Origin: Candidatus Omnitrophota bacterium
GTDB lineage: Bacteria; Omnitrophota; Gorgyraeia; Gygaellales; Profunditerraquicolaceae
Reading direction: 5' to 3'
Assembly: GCA_963805065.1 (NCBI GenBank)
Contig: CAWDSS010000016.1
Location: forward strand, 65,084-129,083
Length of the DNA: 64,000 bases
Made by a program: the position numbers and the translations under genes. The notes below the pieces were generated by a model that made no database searches, was not told where the DNA came from, and saw only the letters and a list, made by a program, of their open reading frames with translations. Shown piece after piece: positions 45,692 to 54,223 of the stretch; within the stretch, counting starts at the first letter, position 1, and each line of letters opens with the position of its first letter.

Positions 45692-46126
45692 GTGATAGAA
45701 AATATAGAAGAATTGCAAAAAATATTACCGCAAAGATACCCGTTTTTGTTAATCGACAAAGTCACGCAATCATCACCGGGTAAATCCGTTACCGCCATAA
45801 AGAATGTTACAATTAATGACTGGTTTTTTGAGGGGCATTTCCCCGGTAATCCCGTGATGCCCGGGACGTTGATAATTGAGGCAATGGCGCAGGCATCAAT
45901 TTTACTTTATCACAGCGGCTTTGAAGATAAGCTGAAAAAAAGGCCGGATTATTATCTGGGTTCGGTTAAAGCAAGATTCCATCATCCGGTGGTACCGGGT
46001 GACCAGCTGAAACTTATCTCAGAGAGCGTTAAATTATTATCTACCGGAGCATTCGTTTCTGCTAAGGCCTTTGTGGAAGATAAATTAGTTGCCGAAGCGG
46101 ATTTGGTATTTGCCGTAAAGCCATGA
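45692..46126 (+). CDS. fabZ: FabZ-like 3-hydroxyacyl-ACP dehydratase (GTG start)
   Basis: ILPQRYPFLLIDKV...FFEGHFPGNPVMPGTLIIEAMAQ. AGGA lies 7 nt before the GTG at 45692. Confidence 0.8.
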   Translation: MIENIEELQKILPQRYPFLLIDKVTQSSPGKSVTAIKNVTINDWFFEGHFPGNPVMPGTLIIEAMAQASILLYHSGFEDKLKKRPDYYLGSVKARFHHPVVPGDQLKLISESVKLLSTGAFVSAKAFVEDKLVAEADLVFAVKP

Positions 46127-46178
46127 AACTTTTGAGGTGCGCAAAAATTAGCCACGTATTCATAAAAGGGGGGTTAAG

Positions 46179-46949
46179 ATGGAAAAAAGATTATATCCAA
46201 GAGTAGCTTCTGTATTACCCATAGAAATAAAATTTGAAGACACAGCCAACAATGTTTTATATAGCGGAAAAGGCCAAGTAGTTAATCTTAGCGAGACAGG
46301 CCTATGTATTATGCTGGATAAAAATTTACCCGCCTCATTACAGGGCTCTGTCTTATTTGACCCATCGTCAAAGTATCCCTCTTTTAAAACAAAGGCCAAA
46401 GTAATTTGGAGCAATAAATTGGAAGGGAAAAATAAATTCCATTGCGGAATCGATTTCCTAGATTTGGATACTAAAGAAATAAAAGTTTTTAAGCAAATAC
46501 TTTCAGATAACGGCAGGAAGTCATTTGTATTTGAGAAAACAGTTTACCTTGGCGATACCAATGCAGAAGGCAATGTTTATTTTGCAAAATATCTTGATTG
46601 GCAGGGGATGGCAAGAGAGGAATTTTATAAACAAAACTTTCCTGTCGAAGCGTTAAAATCAGGGCTTAAGCTTATTACGGTGCATGCCTCGATAGATTAT
46701 AAGCATGAAGCCTTCCTGTTTGATGAAATCTTAATCGCAGTTTTTGTTGCGAATGTTAAAAAAGCTAGTTTAGATTTGATATTTAATTACAGGAATAAAG
46801 CAACCAAACAGTTATTAGCCACAGGGAGCCAAACAATAGCTTTTGGCGACTTTAAGGGCAATTTAATACCGATACCCAAAGAAATCAAGGAAATCGTTAA
46901 GTATTTCTTATCAGAAGAAACTACTAACAAAGCAGGAGACAAATTATAG
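46179..46949 (+). CDS. PilZ domain fused to a 4HBT/YbgC-type hotdog thioesterase
   Basis: N-terminal RLYPR (RxxxR) and NLSETG (D/NxSxxG) PilZ motifs. C-terminal half: VYLGDTNAEGNVYFAKYLDWQGMAREEF (YbgC-like). Confidence 0.7.
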   Translation: MEKRLYPRVASVLPIEIKFEDTANNVLYSGKGQVVNLSETGLCIMLDKNLPASLQGSVLFDPSSKYPSFKTKAKVIWSNKLEGKNKFHCGIDFLDLDTKEIKVFKQILSDNGRKSFVFEKTVYLGDTNAEGNVYFAKYLDWQGMAREEFYKQNFPVEALKSGLKLITVHASIDYKHEAFLFDEILIAVFVANVKKASLDLIFNYRNKATKQLLATGSQTIAFGDFKGNLIPIPKEIKEIVKYFLSEETTNKAGDKL

Positions 46950-46951
46950 AA

Positions 46952-49114
46952 ATGAATTTTTATTCTATAGCGCCTCTTTTTGCTTCCCTACTTTTCTTAT
47001 TATTAGGAATATTTTGTTTATCCGTAAGCAAAATAAGAAGGGAGGTTATTTTATTTACCTCTCTGTGTTTTGTTACTTTTATCTGGCAATTCAGTTGGTT
47101 TATTTTGTTTAATACAACTTCCGACAAAATTGCCTCGCTAGTCATAAAGATTGGCTATACTGGTATAATATTCATCCCCATCGCTTATTTTCATTTCATG
47201 GTTAGTTTCTTAAAAATCGAAAATTACAAAGTAATCTTAAGGATATCTTATGCAATAGCATTTATTTTAGTAATTCTATTATGGACATCAAAATATTTTG
47301 TGAATGGCTATTATAAGTTCTATTGGGGTTATTATCCAAAGGCAGGCCTTTTACATCCCCTTCACTTGCTGCAAGTTTTCACGGTTACTATGTGGATGTT
47401 GTATTTGTTATGGAATAGTATAAATAAATTTAAGCTGGAACCGATGAAATATAACCAGCTAAAATACGTAATGTTAGGCATACTCTTTTATTTCCCCGCC
47501 GCCTCTGATTACCTTGTCAATTATGGCGTAGAGTTTTACCCCAAAGGTTTTATTTCCCTGTCTATTTTTGCCATAATTACTACATATGCCATTATACGTT
47601 ATCGCCTGATGGATTTAAAAATTGCGGTTACCAGGATCGGTATATTTATTTTAGTCTATACCTTACTGCTTGGTCTTCCTTTTGCCGTAGCTGTAGGGTT
47701 AAAGGGGTGGTTAGTTGATAAATTCGGGCCGGGATGGTGGATGTTTCCCTTAATATTAATGGCTGTCCTTGCTACCGTCGGGCCTTTTATTTACATTTTC
47801 CTGCAAAAAAAAGCAGAAGATAGGTTGTTACGGGAGCAAAGGAAATATCAGGAAACGCTTAAGCAGGCCTCGGTAGGCATGACTCGCATTAGAAACCTCG
47901 ATAGGCTGCTGGATTTGATAGCGCACATTGTGACAAAAACAGTAAAGATTTCCTACGCCGCGATATACCTTTACAATAAAGACACAAATGAATATGTCCT
48001 GCAAGTCAGCCGTGACAAAGGAAGAATACCAATACCCAAAGTAAATCCTATTAATCCGCTGGTTGCCTGGATTATGGTTGAACGTGAACCGCTAATTTAC
48101 GAAGAAGTAAAACGCAAAATGGAAGATGCCAAAGATGAAACTTGCAAGCTTCTTGAAGAAAATATGCGACTTTTAACTGCAACTGTGATTATTCCCAGTT
48201 TCCTGGAAGATAAATTTATCGGCTTCTTTGTCCTGGGTGACAAGCTTTCAGGGCAAATTTACACTCCGGATGACCTGAATGTTTTTCAGGTCCTCGCCAG
48301 CCAGGCTGCCCTTGCCATTGAAAACGCGCAATTTTATGAAGACGCAAAAGAGATGCAGGAGCAGATTGCGCAGGCAGAGAAAATGGCTACCATAGGAACC
48401 ATGGCTGATGGATTGTCCCATCAGATAAACAACCGTTTTTATGCGCTTTCTCTGATTGCGGGAGATACCATTGATACCATAAAAACTACAGATACTACCA
48501 AATGCACTCCTGAAGTAAGAACAATGATTGACGAGATTAACCATGCGCTTGAACGTATTCAGACTAATGTTATGCAGGGTGGAGAAGTGGTAAAAGGCAT
48601 TTTAAAATATTCCAAAAAAGGCAGCGGGCAATTTGAGGCGCTGGATTTGGACGCAATCATAGACAATACCTTAGAAATGGTTCAGTACAAGGTAAAGTTG
48701 TCGGAAATTGACCTTGTGCGCGATTATAAGGATATTCCCAAAATAAAGGGGAACATGACGCAATTACAGGAAGTGTTTTTCAATTTTATTGATAATGCCT
48801 ATGATGCGATTGTAGAGCGGCGTACGACACTAAAAGAAGATGGCTACCGCGGCAGGATTATTATTTCAGCCCGGCCAAAGGATAAATTCCTGGAAATTAT
48901 TGTTGAAGATAACGGTATGGGAGTAAAAGATTTCAACAATACAAAAATTTTCACGCCATTTTTTACCACTAAAACCTCATCCAATAAGGGCACAGGGCTA
49001 GGCCTTTACGTAATCAAGCGCATAATCACCGATACGCATAAAGGCACAATAAGCTTTGAATCCAAACACGGCATCGGCACCCGCTTCATTCTGGAACTTC
49101 TCACCGCCAAATAG
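46952..49114 (+). CDS. Sensor histidine kinase: N-terminal 7TM sensor (paralogue of 42471), GAF, HisKA-like, HATPase
   Basis: Polytopic N-terminus with KFYWGYY. GAF-like region (ISYAAIYLYNKDTNEYVL...FIGFFVLGDK). H-box MADGLSHQINN. Also DNGMGV...GTGLGLY. Confidence 0.85.
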   Translation: MNFYSIAPLFASLLFLLLGIFCLSVSKIRREVILFTSLCFVTFIWQFSWFILFNTTSDKIASLVIKIGYTGIIFIPIAYFHFMVSFLKIENYKVILRISYAIAFILVILLWTSKYFVNGYYKFYWGYYPKAGLLHPLHLLQVFTVTMWMLYLLWNSINKFKLEPMKYNQLKYVMLGILFYFPAASDYLVNYGVEFYPKGFISLSIFAIITTYAIIRYRLMDLKIAVTRIGIFILVYTLLLGLPFAVAVGLKGWLVDKFGPGWWMFPLILMAVLATVGPFIYIFLQKKAEDRLLREQRKYQETLKQASVGMTRIRNLDRLLDLIAHIVTKTVKISYAAIYLYNKDTNEYVLQVSRDKGRIPIPKVNPINPLVAWIMVEREPLIYEEVKRKMEDAKDETCKLLEENMRLLTATVIIPSFLEDKFIGFFVLGDKLSGQIYTPDDLNVFQVLASQAALAIENAQFYEDAKEMQEQIAQAEKMATIGTMADGLSHQINNRFYALSLIAGDTIDTIKTTDTTKCTPEVRTMIDEINHALERIQTNVMQGGEVVKGILKYSKKGSGQFEALDLDAIIDNTLEMVQYKVKLSEIDLVRDYKDIPKIKGNMTQLQEVFFNFIDNAYDAIVERRTTLKEDGYRGRIIISARPKDKFLEIIVEDNGMGVKDFNNTKIFTPFFTTKTSSNKGTGLGLYVIKRIITDTHKGTISFESKHGIGTRFILELLTAK

Positions 49115-49160
49115 GGTAAACCCTAAAATTATTATTGAAATTCGGAAATTGTGCTATAAT

Positions 49161-49270
49161 GAAGCCCACCCAGGCTAAAGCCCAGGGTTTCCCTCCTGTC
49201 GGAGGGCAAGCTTTGGGCGGAATGCCCAAGCGGCCAAGGCTTATCCGCGCCCTGAAAGGGCGCGGTTTTA
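49161..49270 (+). ncRNA. Candidate structured RNA (unclassified leader, riboswitch or sRNA) with its own promoter and intrinsic terminator
   Basis: Extended -10 TGCTATAAT (49152-60) with TTGAAA at 49135-40. A GC-rich segment with three hairpins: CCCTCC-TGTC-GGAGGG (49191-206), TTTGGGC-GGAAT-GCCCAAG (49212-30) and CCGCGCCC-TGAAA-GGGCGCGG (49245-65), followed by TTTTA. Confidence 0.5.
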
Positions 49271-49327
49271 TGCCGCGGGGTATGAAAAAAAACTATGGAT
49301 AACTTGTTATTAAATGGGGTGAAAAAT

Positions 49328-49711
49328 ATGGCGAAATTATTGATAGTGGACGATGAAGCTGATGTCCGTGAATTTGCGGCAAAATTCTTTAAACGGCGCA
49401 AAATCGAAGTGATGATTGCCGGTAGCGGTGAAGACGCCTTAACTGCCTTAGAAAAGTATAAGGCAGATTTAGTGCTTCTTGATATTAAGATGGAAGGCAT
49501 TGACGGCATAGAAACCTTAAGGCGCATAAGAGAAAGAGATAAAGATGCGCGCGTGATAATGGTCACCGGCAGAAAACCCGATGAATCAGGCTCGTTTGAA
49601 AAATGCCGTGAGTTAGGCGCCATAGATTATATTCACAAGCCCCTTGAACTGGATGAGCTGGAAAGAGTAGTGTTACGAGAGCTGTCCCAAGACTCCCCGA
49701 ATCAAACATAA
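49328..49711 (+). CDS. Single-domain CheY-like response regulator
   Basis: MAKLLIVDDE...DLVLLDIKMEG...MVTG...IHKP. The ORF-track start at 49295 is probably too early. Confidence 0.85.
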   Translation: MAKLLIVDDEADVREFAAKFFKRRKIEVMIAGSGEDALTALEKYKADLVLLDIKMEGIDGIETLRRIRERDKDARVIMVTGRKPDESGSFEKCRELGAIDYIHKPLELDELERVVLRELSQDSPNQT

Positions 49712-50877
49712 TGAAAATCGATTACAAGAAAGAGTTAGAAGGCGCATCAAAAACCATGATTTTGGTGCACGAGCCGCAAACCCTGATAAGGATGATTGTG
49801 CGCATGATTGTGCAAAGGGTAGAGGTTGAACATGCTGCTATCCTTTTGCATGACCAGTTCAAGGATTCTTATATCCTGACTGTTTCACGCGGCGCAGCAG
49901 GGTTAAAAATACCTCCGGGATTCGCGCGCATGGATTCTGATAACCCTCTGATTTATTTTTTCAGGGAAAATCTGGTCAAGCAAATTTTTAATGACGGCGC
50001 GGTTGTCTATGATGAAGCCTTAAAGATATTAAAAAGCAAGAAAATCAAGCCTGAACTGGAAGAGAAGCTAAAGAAAGCTTTGTATCAAATGGAAATATTT
50101 GAGGCAGTTATCTGCATCCCCAGTTACTTCAGGGATGAATTGCTGGGCCTGCTTCTGTTGGGCCGCAAAAAGAACAGGAAAAAGTTTGACCAGCATGAAT
50201 TGGATTTTTTTGTGGCCTTGGCTTCGGACGTTGCCATGGCCATCCGTAATGCCAGGTTGTTCTCAGAGCTTGAACAAGAGCTCCAAAAAAAGCAACGCCT
50301 TTTTGTGCATACTACAATTGCCTTGGCAGCTGCCATTGATGCCAAAGACCATTACACGCATGGCCACACATCAAGGGTAACCAATTTAAGCCTTGAGATT
50401 GCCAAGTACATGAAGGAAAAGAACAGGAATGTCTTTAATGATAAGTTTTTGGAGCATCTCCATATCGCGGGGCTCTTACATGACATAGGTAAAATCGGAA
50501 TCCCTGAGTCCATATTAAATAAAGACGGCCCTTTAAATGATACAGAATCTAAAAAAATGCAAGAGCATCCCTCTGTAGGAGCATCTATATTGCAGCCGAT
50601 AAAGGAACTAGAAGAGGCTATCCTGGGCGTAAAATACCATCATGAAAAATACGACGGCTCAGGCTACCCCGAGGGCCTTAAAGGCGAACAAATTCCTCTC
50701 ATTGCCGCTATTATTTCTGCAGCAGATACATTTGATGCCATGACTTCAGACAGGCCATACCGCCGCGCTTTAACCAAGGCAGAGGCAGTTGAAGAAATAA
50801 AACGTGTGAAAGGTAAGCAGCTTAGCCCTGAAGTCGCAGATGTAATAGTCGAGCTTTTTAAACTCCAGAAAATCTAA
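49711..50877 (+). CDS. GAF domain plus HD-GYP domain protein (putative c-di-GMP phosphodiesterase)
   Basis: HTSRVTNL, LLHDIGKIGIP, HHEKYDGSGYPEGLKG, ADTFDAMTSDRPYR. Confidence 0.85.
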   Translation: MKIDYKKELEGASKTMILVHEPQTLIRMIVRMIVQRVEVEHAAILLHDQFKDSYILTVSRGAAGLKIPPGFARMDSDNPLIYFFRENLVKQIFNDGAVVYDEALKILKSKKIKPELEEKLKKALYQMEIFEAVICIPSYFRDELLGLLLLGRKKNRKKFDQHELDFFVALASDVAMAIRNARLFSELEQELQKKQRLFVHTTIALAAAIDAKDHYTHGHTSRVTNLSLEIAKYMKEKNRNVFNDKFLEHLHIAGLLHDIGKIGIPESILNKDGPLNDTESKKMQEHPSVGASILQPIKELEEAILGVKYHHEKYDGSGYPEGLKGEQIPLIAAIISAADTFDAMTSDRPYRRALTKAEAVEEIKRVKGKQLSPEVADVIVELFKLQKI

Positions 50878-50880
50878 TTC

Positions 50881-51993
50881 ATGCAACCGCGCCGCATAAT
50901 CTTAATGTATATTTCAGAAGTCTCCGGACATCACAGCGCGACTCTCGCTATTGAAAAGGCGATTAAAATGCTATCTTGCGATACGCAAATTTTAAATATC
51001 AACGCCTTTAATTATACAAATCCCATTTCCGAAAAAATAGTCAATAAGATTTACATGGGCATTATCAAAATCACGCCTAAGGTATGGGATTACCTTTATG
51101 ATAATCCCAAGGTTGTAGAGAGAATATCTAAAATGAAGGAAAAGCTGCATAAGTTTAATTCCCTGAAACTGAAAAATCTTTTTGATGATTTTAATCCGGA
51201 CGCAGTCCTTTGCACCCAGGCATTCCCCTGCGGGATGGTAGCGGATTATAAGAAAGAATTTAATTCCCAAATTCCCTTGGTTGCGGTGCTCACGGATTAT
51301 GTCCCGCATTCATATTGGGTTTATGATACCGTGGATTACTATGTTACGCCTTCTGAAGAGGTATCACGGCGCCTGGTAAAAAAAGGGGTTGCGGCAGAAA
51401 AAATAAAATCACTGGGGATTCCTATTGACCCCAAATTTAACAAACCGCAAAACAAGGAATCTATCAAGCGTAAATTAAAGCTAAGCACGCAATTGCCAAC
51501 CATATTAATCATGGGGGGAGGCCAGGGATTGGGGCCGATTAAAACTATCATCAAATCATTGGAAAAGAGCCTTAAGCCTATTCAGGAAATTATCGTTACC
51601 GGCACCAATAAAAAGCTATATAAATCCCTGAAAAGAAAAATTAAAAAATATAAAAATAAAATCTTGCTTTTCAGGTATGCCGATAATATTGAAGAATTAA
51701 TGGCTGCTTCTGATATTATTATCAGTAAGCCCGGAGGGGTGACGACTGCAGAAGTCCTGGTAATGAATTTGCCTATGGTCATTGTAAAACCCATACCCGG
51801 CCAGGAAGCCAATAATACCGCGTATCTCACACAGAAAGAGGCAGCAATCAAAATAGATGACCCCAAGAAAACAAACCAGGCAATTGAGGATTTATTAAAG
51901 CACGCTGATAAGTTAAGGCATTTGCGGGAAGCTGCCAGCCGCATAAGTAAACCGCAGGCGAGCCTCGATATAGCCAGGCTCTTATTAAGGTAA
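50881..51993 (+). CDS. MGDG-synthase/UgtP-like diacylglycerol glycosyltransferase (GT28)
   Basis: N-terminal GHHSA...-type MGDG_synth pattern. C-terminal GGGQGLGP...SKPGGVTTAEVL...PGQEANN. Confidence 0.75.
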   Translation: MQPRRIILMYISEVSGHHSATLAIEKAIKMLSCDTQILNINAFNYTNPISEKIVNKIYMGIIKITPKVWDYLYDNPKVVERISKMKEKLHKFNSLKLKNLFDDFNPDAVLCTQAFPCGMVADYKKEFNSQIPLVAVLTDYVPHSYWVYDTVDYYVTPSEEVSRRLVKKGVAAEKIKSLGIPIDPKFNKPQNKESIKRKLKLSTQLPTILIMGGGQGLGPIKTIIKSLEKSLKPIQEIIVTGTNKKLYKSLKRKIKKYKNKILLFRYADNIEELMAASDIIISKPGGVTTAEVLVMNLPMVIVKPIPGQEANNTAYLTQKEAAIKIDDPKKTNQAIEDLLKHADKLRHLREAASRISKPQASLDIARLLLR

Positions 51994-51995
51994 CC

Positions 51996-52862
51996 GTGTA
52001 TAATTATATACTTTACAGGATTGGCCAGTTTATCGCACTTAATACACCGTTAAAAATCGGGTATAGGTTGGCGATATTTTTTTCCGATGTGCATTATTTA
52101 TTTGCCGGTAAAGACCGCCGCAGTGTAACTGGCAACCTCAAAGCAATATTTCCTCAAAAATCAGGCAAAGAAATTGCCGCAATCAGGATATGGATGTTCA
52201 GGAATTTTGCCAAATACCTGGTGGATTTCTTCCGTTTCCAGAATTTGGATAAGGAATACATAAGGAGCAATATCAAAATAGAAAACATAGATTATTTTGA
52301 CCAAGCCCTTAAAAAGGGCAAGGGTGTAATTATCCTAACCGCGCATTTGGGAAATTGGGAGCTTGGCGGAGTGGTAATTGCTCTTTTAGGGTATCCGTTG
52401 TGGGCAGTGGTCCTTCCGCATAGGCATCAACAGGTAAATAAATTTTTTAATTTTCAACGAGAAAGTAAGGGGATAGGCATAATAGAGCTGGGAAAAGCTG
52501 TCAGGCTGTCGCTAAATGTTTTGAAACAAAATAAAGCCCTGGCATTGGTTGGCGACAGAGATTTTACGGAAACCGGAATTGCCTTAGACTTTTTTGGCAA
52601 ACCCACTCTTTTCCCTGAAGGCCCGGCAGCATTTGCATTAAAAACAGGAGCGGCTATAGTCCCCGGATTTATGTTTAGAAACAGGGATGACACCTTTACT
52701 TTAAAAATTGAAAAGCCTCTTGAATTTGTCGCCACGGGAGATAAAATACAGGATGAGACCCAGATAATCTTAAAATATAAAGGTATTTTTGAGGATTATA
52801 TTAAAAGGTTTCCCGATCAGTGGTATATGTTCAGGCAATTCTGGATACAGGAAAAAAAATGA
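51996..52862 (+). CDS. LpxL/HtrB-family lipid acyltransferase (lysophospholipid acyltransferase superfamily)
   Basis: ILTAHLGNWELGG (HX4-type acyltransferase region), LVGDRDF, PEGPAAFALKTGAAIVP. Confidence 0.7.
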   Translation: MYNYILYRIGQFIALNTPLKIGYRLAIFFSDVHYLFAGKDRRSVTGNLKAIFPQKSGKEIAAIRIWMFRNFAKYLVDFFRFQNLDKEYIRSNIKIENIDYFDQALKKGKGVIILTAHLGNWELGGVVIALLGYPLWAVVLPHRHQQVNKFFNFQRESKGIGIIELGKAVRLSLNVLKQNKALALVGDRDFTETGIALDFFGKPTLFPEGPAAFALKTGAAIVPGFMFRNRDDTFTLKIEKPLEFVATGDKIQDETQIILKYKGIFEDYIKRFPDQWYMFRQFWIQEKK

Positions 52863-53530
52863 AGACCTGTGTAATCATTCCTACATACAATGAAGCTAAG
52901 GCCATAGGGGATTTAGTGTGTTCGATACGCAGCCAGAATTTTGAAGTGGTTGTGGTAGACGATGGTTCGGCTGATAAAACTTTCAAGATAGCCAGCGATT
53001 GCGGAGCAACTATTTTACGCAATGAAAAAAACCTGGGTAAGGGAGCGTCTTTAGTAAAGGGTTTTAATTACGCTTTGGCTAATAATTTTGACGCAGTGGT
53101 TACTATGGATGGTGACGGGCAGCATCTTGCCGAAGACATTCAGCAATTTATAAACGTGGCAAAAAATTCGGACAGCGATATCTTTATCGGTAACAGGATG
53201 CACAAGCCCAGAAATATGCCCTGGGTACGCGTTTTAACCAACAACGCAATGTCCTGGTTTATATCGGGTCTTGTGAAGCAAAAGATTCCCGATTCGCAGT
53301 GCGGGTTTAGGCTTATTAAGAAAGAAGCATTAAAAAAAATTGATTTTATAACCTCCAATTTTGAGATTGAATCTGAAATGCTTATTAAGGGTGCGCGTTT
53401 AGGTTTTAAAATTGAGTCCGTTTCCATAAAAACTGTTTACTCGGGAGAGAAAAGCAGGATTAATCCCTTTGTTGATACGTTTAGATTTTTACGATTCGCT
53501 ATAGGAGAGCTATGGATTTCCAAACGTTAA
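52859..53530 (+). CDS. Family 2 glycosyltransferase (polyprenol-phosphate sugar transferase-like)
   Basis: MKTCVIIPTYNEA, VVVDDGSADKT, MDGDGQH, QCGFR. The ATG overlaps the preceding stop (ATGA). Confidence 0.8.
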   Translation: MKTCVIIPTYNEAKAIGDLVCSIRSQNFEVVVVDDGSADKTFKIASDCGATILRNEKNLGKGASLVKGFNYALANNFDAVVTMDGDGQHLAEDIQQFINVAKNSDSDIFIGNRMHKPRNMPWVRVLTNNAMSWFISGLVKQKIPDSQCGFRLIKKEALKKIDFITSNFEIESEMLIKGARLGFKIESVSIKTVYSGEKSRINPFVDTFRFLRFAIGELWISKR

Positions 53531-54153
53531 GGCAAAGAATGGTGGGTGAACAGCTCCTGGCGCGAGGGATAAAAAATGAAAGGGTGCTGGATGCCTTTAG
53601 GAAAGTTGAACGCCATAAATTTATTCCCGAAGATTTAAGGCCCAGCGGTTATTCGGATTTTCCCGTTCCCATAGGAGAAAGCCAAACCATATCCCAGCCA
53701 TACATTGTCGCGCTAATGACTGAGTTGCTGGATTTATCCGGCAATGAAAAGGTTTTAGAGATAGGCACGGGTTCGGGATATCAAACAGCCATACTGGCAG
53801 AATTATCAAAATATGTTTACAGCATAGAAAGAGTTGAGGTTCTGGCACAGAAAGCCGAAGAAGTTATAAGTGCGCTTAATTACACAAACGTGAAGATAAA
53901 GGTAGGTGACGGAACATTGGGATGGCCGCAAGAATCCCCTTTTGACAGGATTATCATTACTGCTGCTAGCCCCAGGGTGCCTTTACCTTTGACAGAGCAG
54001 CTAAATGACGGGGGAAAGCTGATTCTCCCCTTGGGTGAAAGCTTCAGCCAGGTATTGACGCTGATTGAAAAGAGAAACAATCAATTCATTACAACTGAAA
54101 TTTGCGGCTGCGTGTTTGTGCCGTTAGTCGGCAAGTACGCTTTCAAAAAGTAA
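53512..54153 (+). CDS. pcm: Protein-L-isoaspartate O-methyltransferase
   Basis: TISQPYIVALMTELL, VLEIGTGSGYQTAILA. Confidence 0.9.
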   Translation: MDFQTLRQRMVGEQLLARGIKNERVLDAFRKVERHKFIPEDLRPSGYSDFPVPIGESQTISQPYIVALMTELLDLSGNEKVLEIGTGSGYQTAILAELSKYVYSIERVEVLAQKAEEVISALNYTNVKIKVGDGTLGWPQESPFDRIIITAASPRVPLPLTEQLNDGGKLILPLGESFSQVLTLIEKRNNQFITTEICGCVFVPLVGKYAFKK

Positions 54154-54169
54154 ATTGAAATAAATTTTC

Positions 54170-54198
54170 TTGACACAATAATTATTAGGCATTAATAT
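54170..54198 (+). promoter_or_regulatory. Consensus-like sigma70 promoter
   Basis: TTGACA (54170-75), 17-nt spacer, TAATAT (54193-98). Confidence 0.5.
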
Positions 54199-54223
54199 AG
54201 ACCTACGAGAAAAGGAGGCTACA

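Noticed and set aside
49161-49270. Identifying the GC-rich structured RNA as SRP (4.5S) RNA or as a c-di-GMP-I/II riboswitch.
   Set aside because: Only a 13-nt stretch resembles the SRP helix-8 strand. The 5' and 3' ends do not pair into the SRP hairpin, and the apical loop is GGAAU closed differently. The conserved GEMM cores (ACGCAAAGCC..., GGUAGGUAGCGGGGUUACC) and the class II motifs are absent. It is left unclassified.
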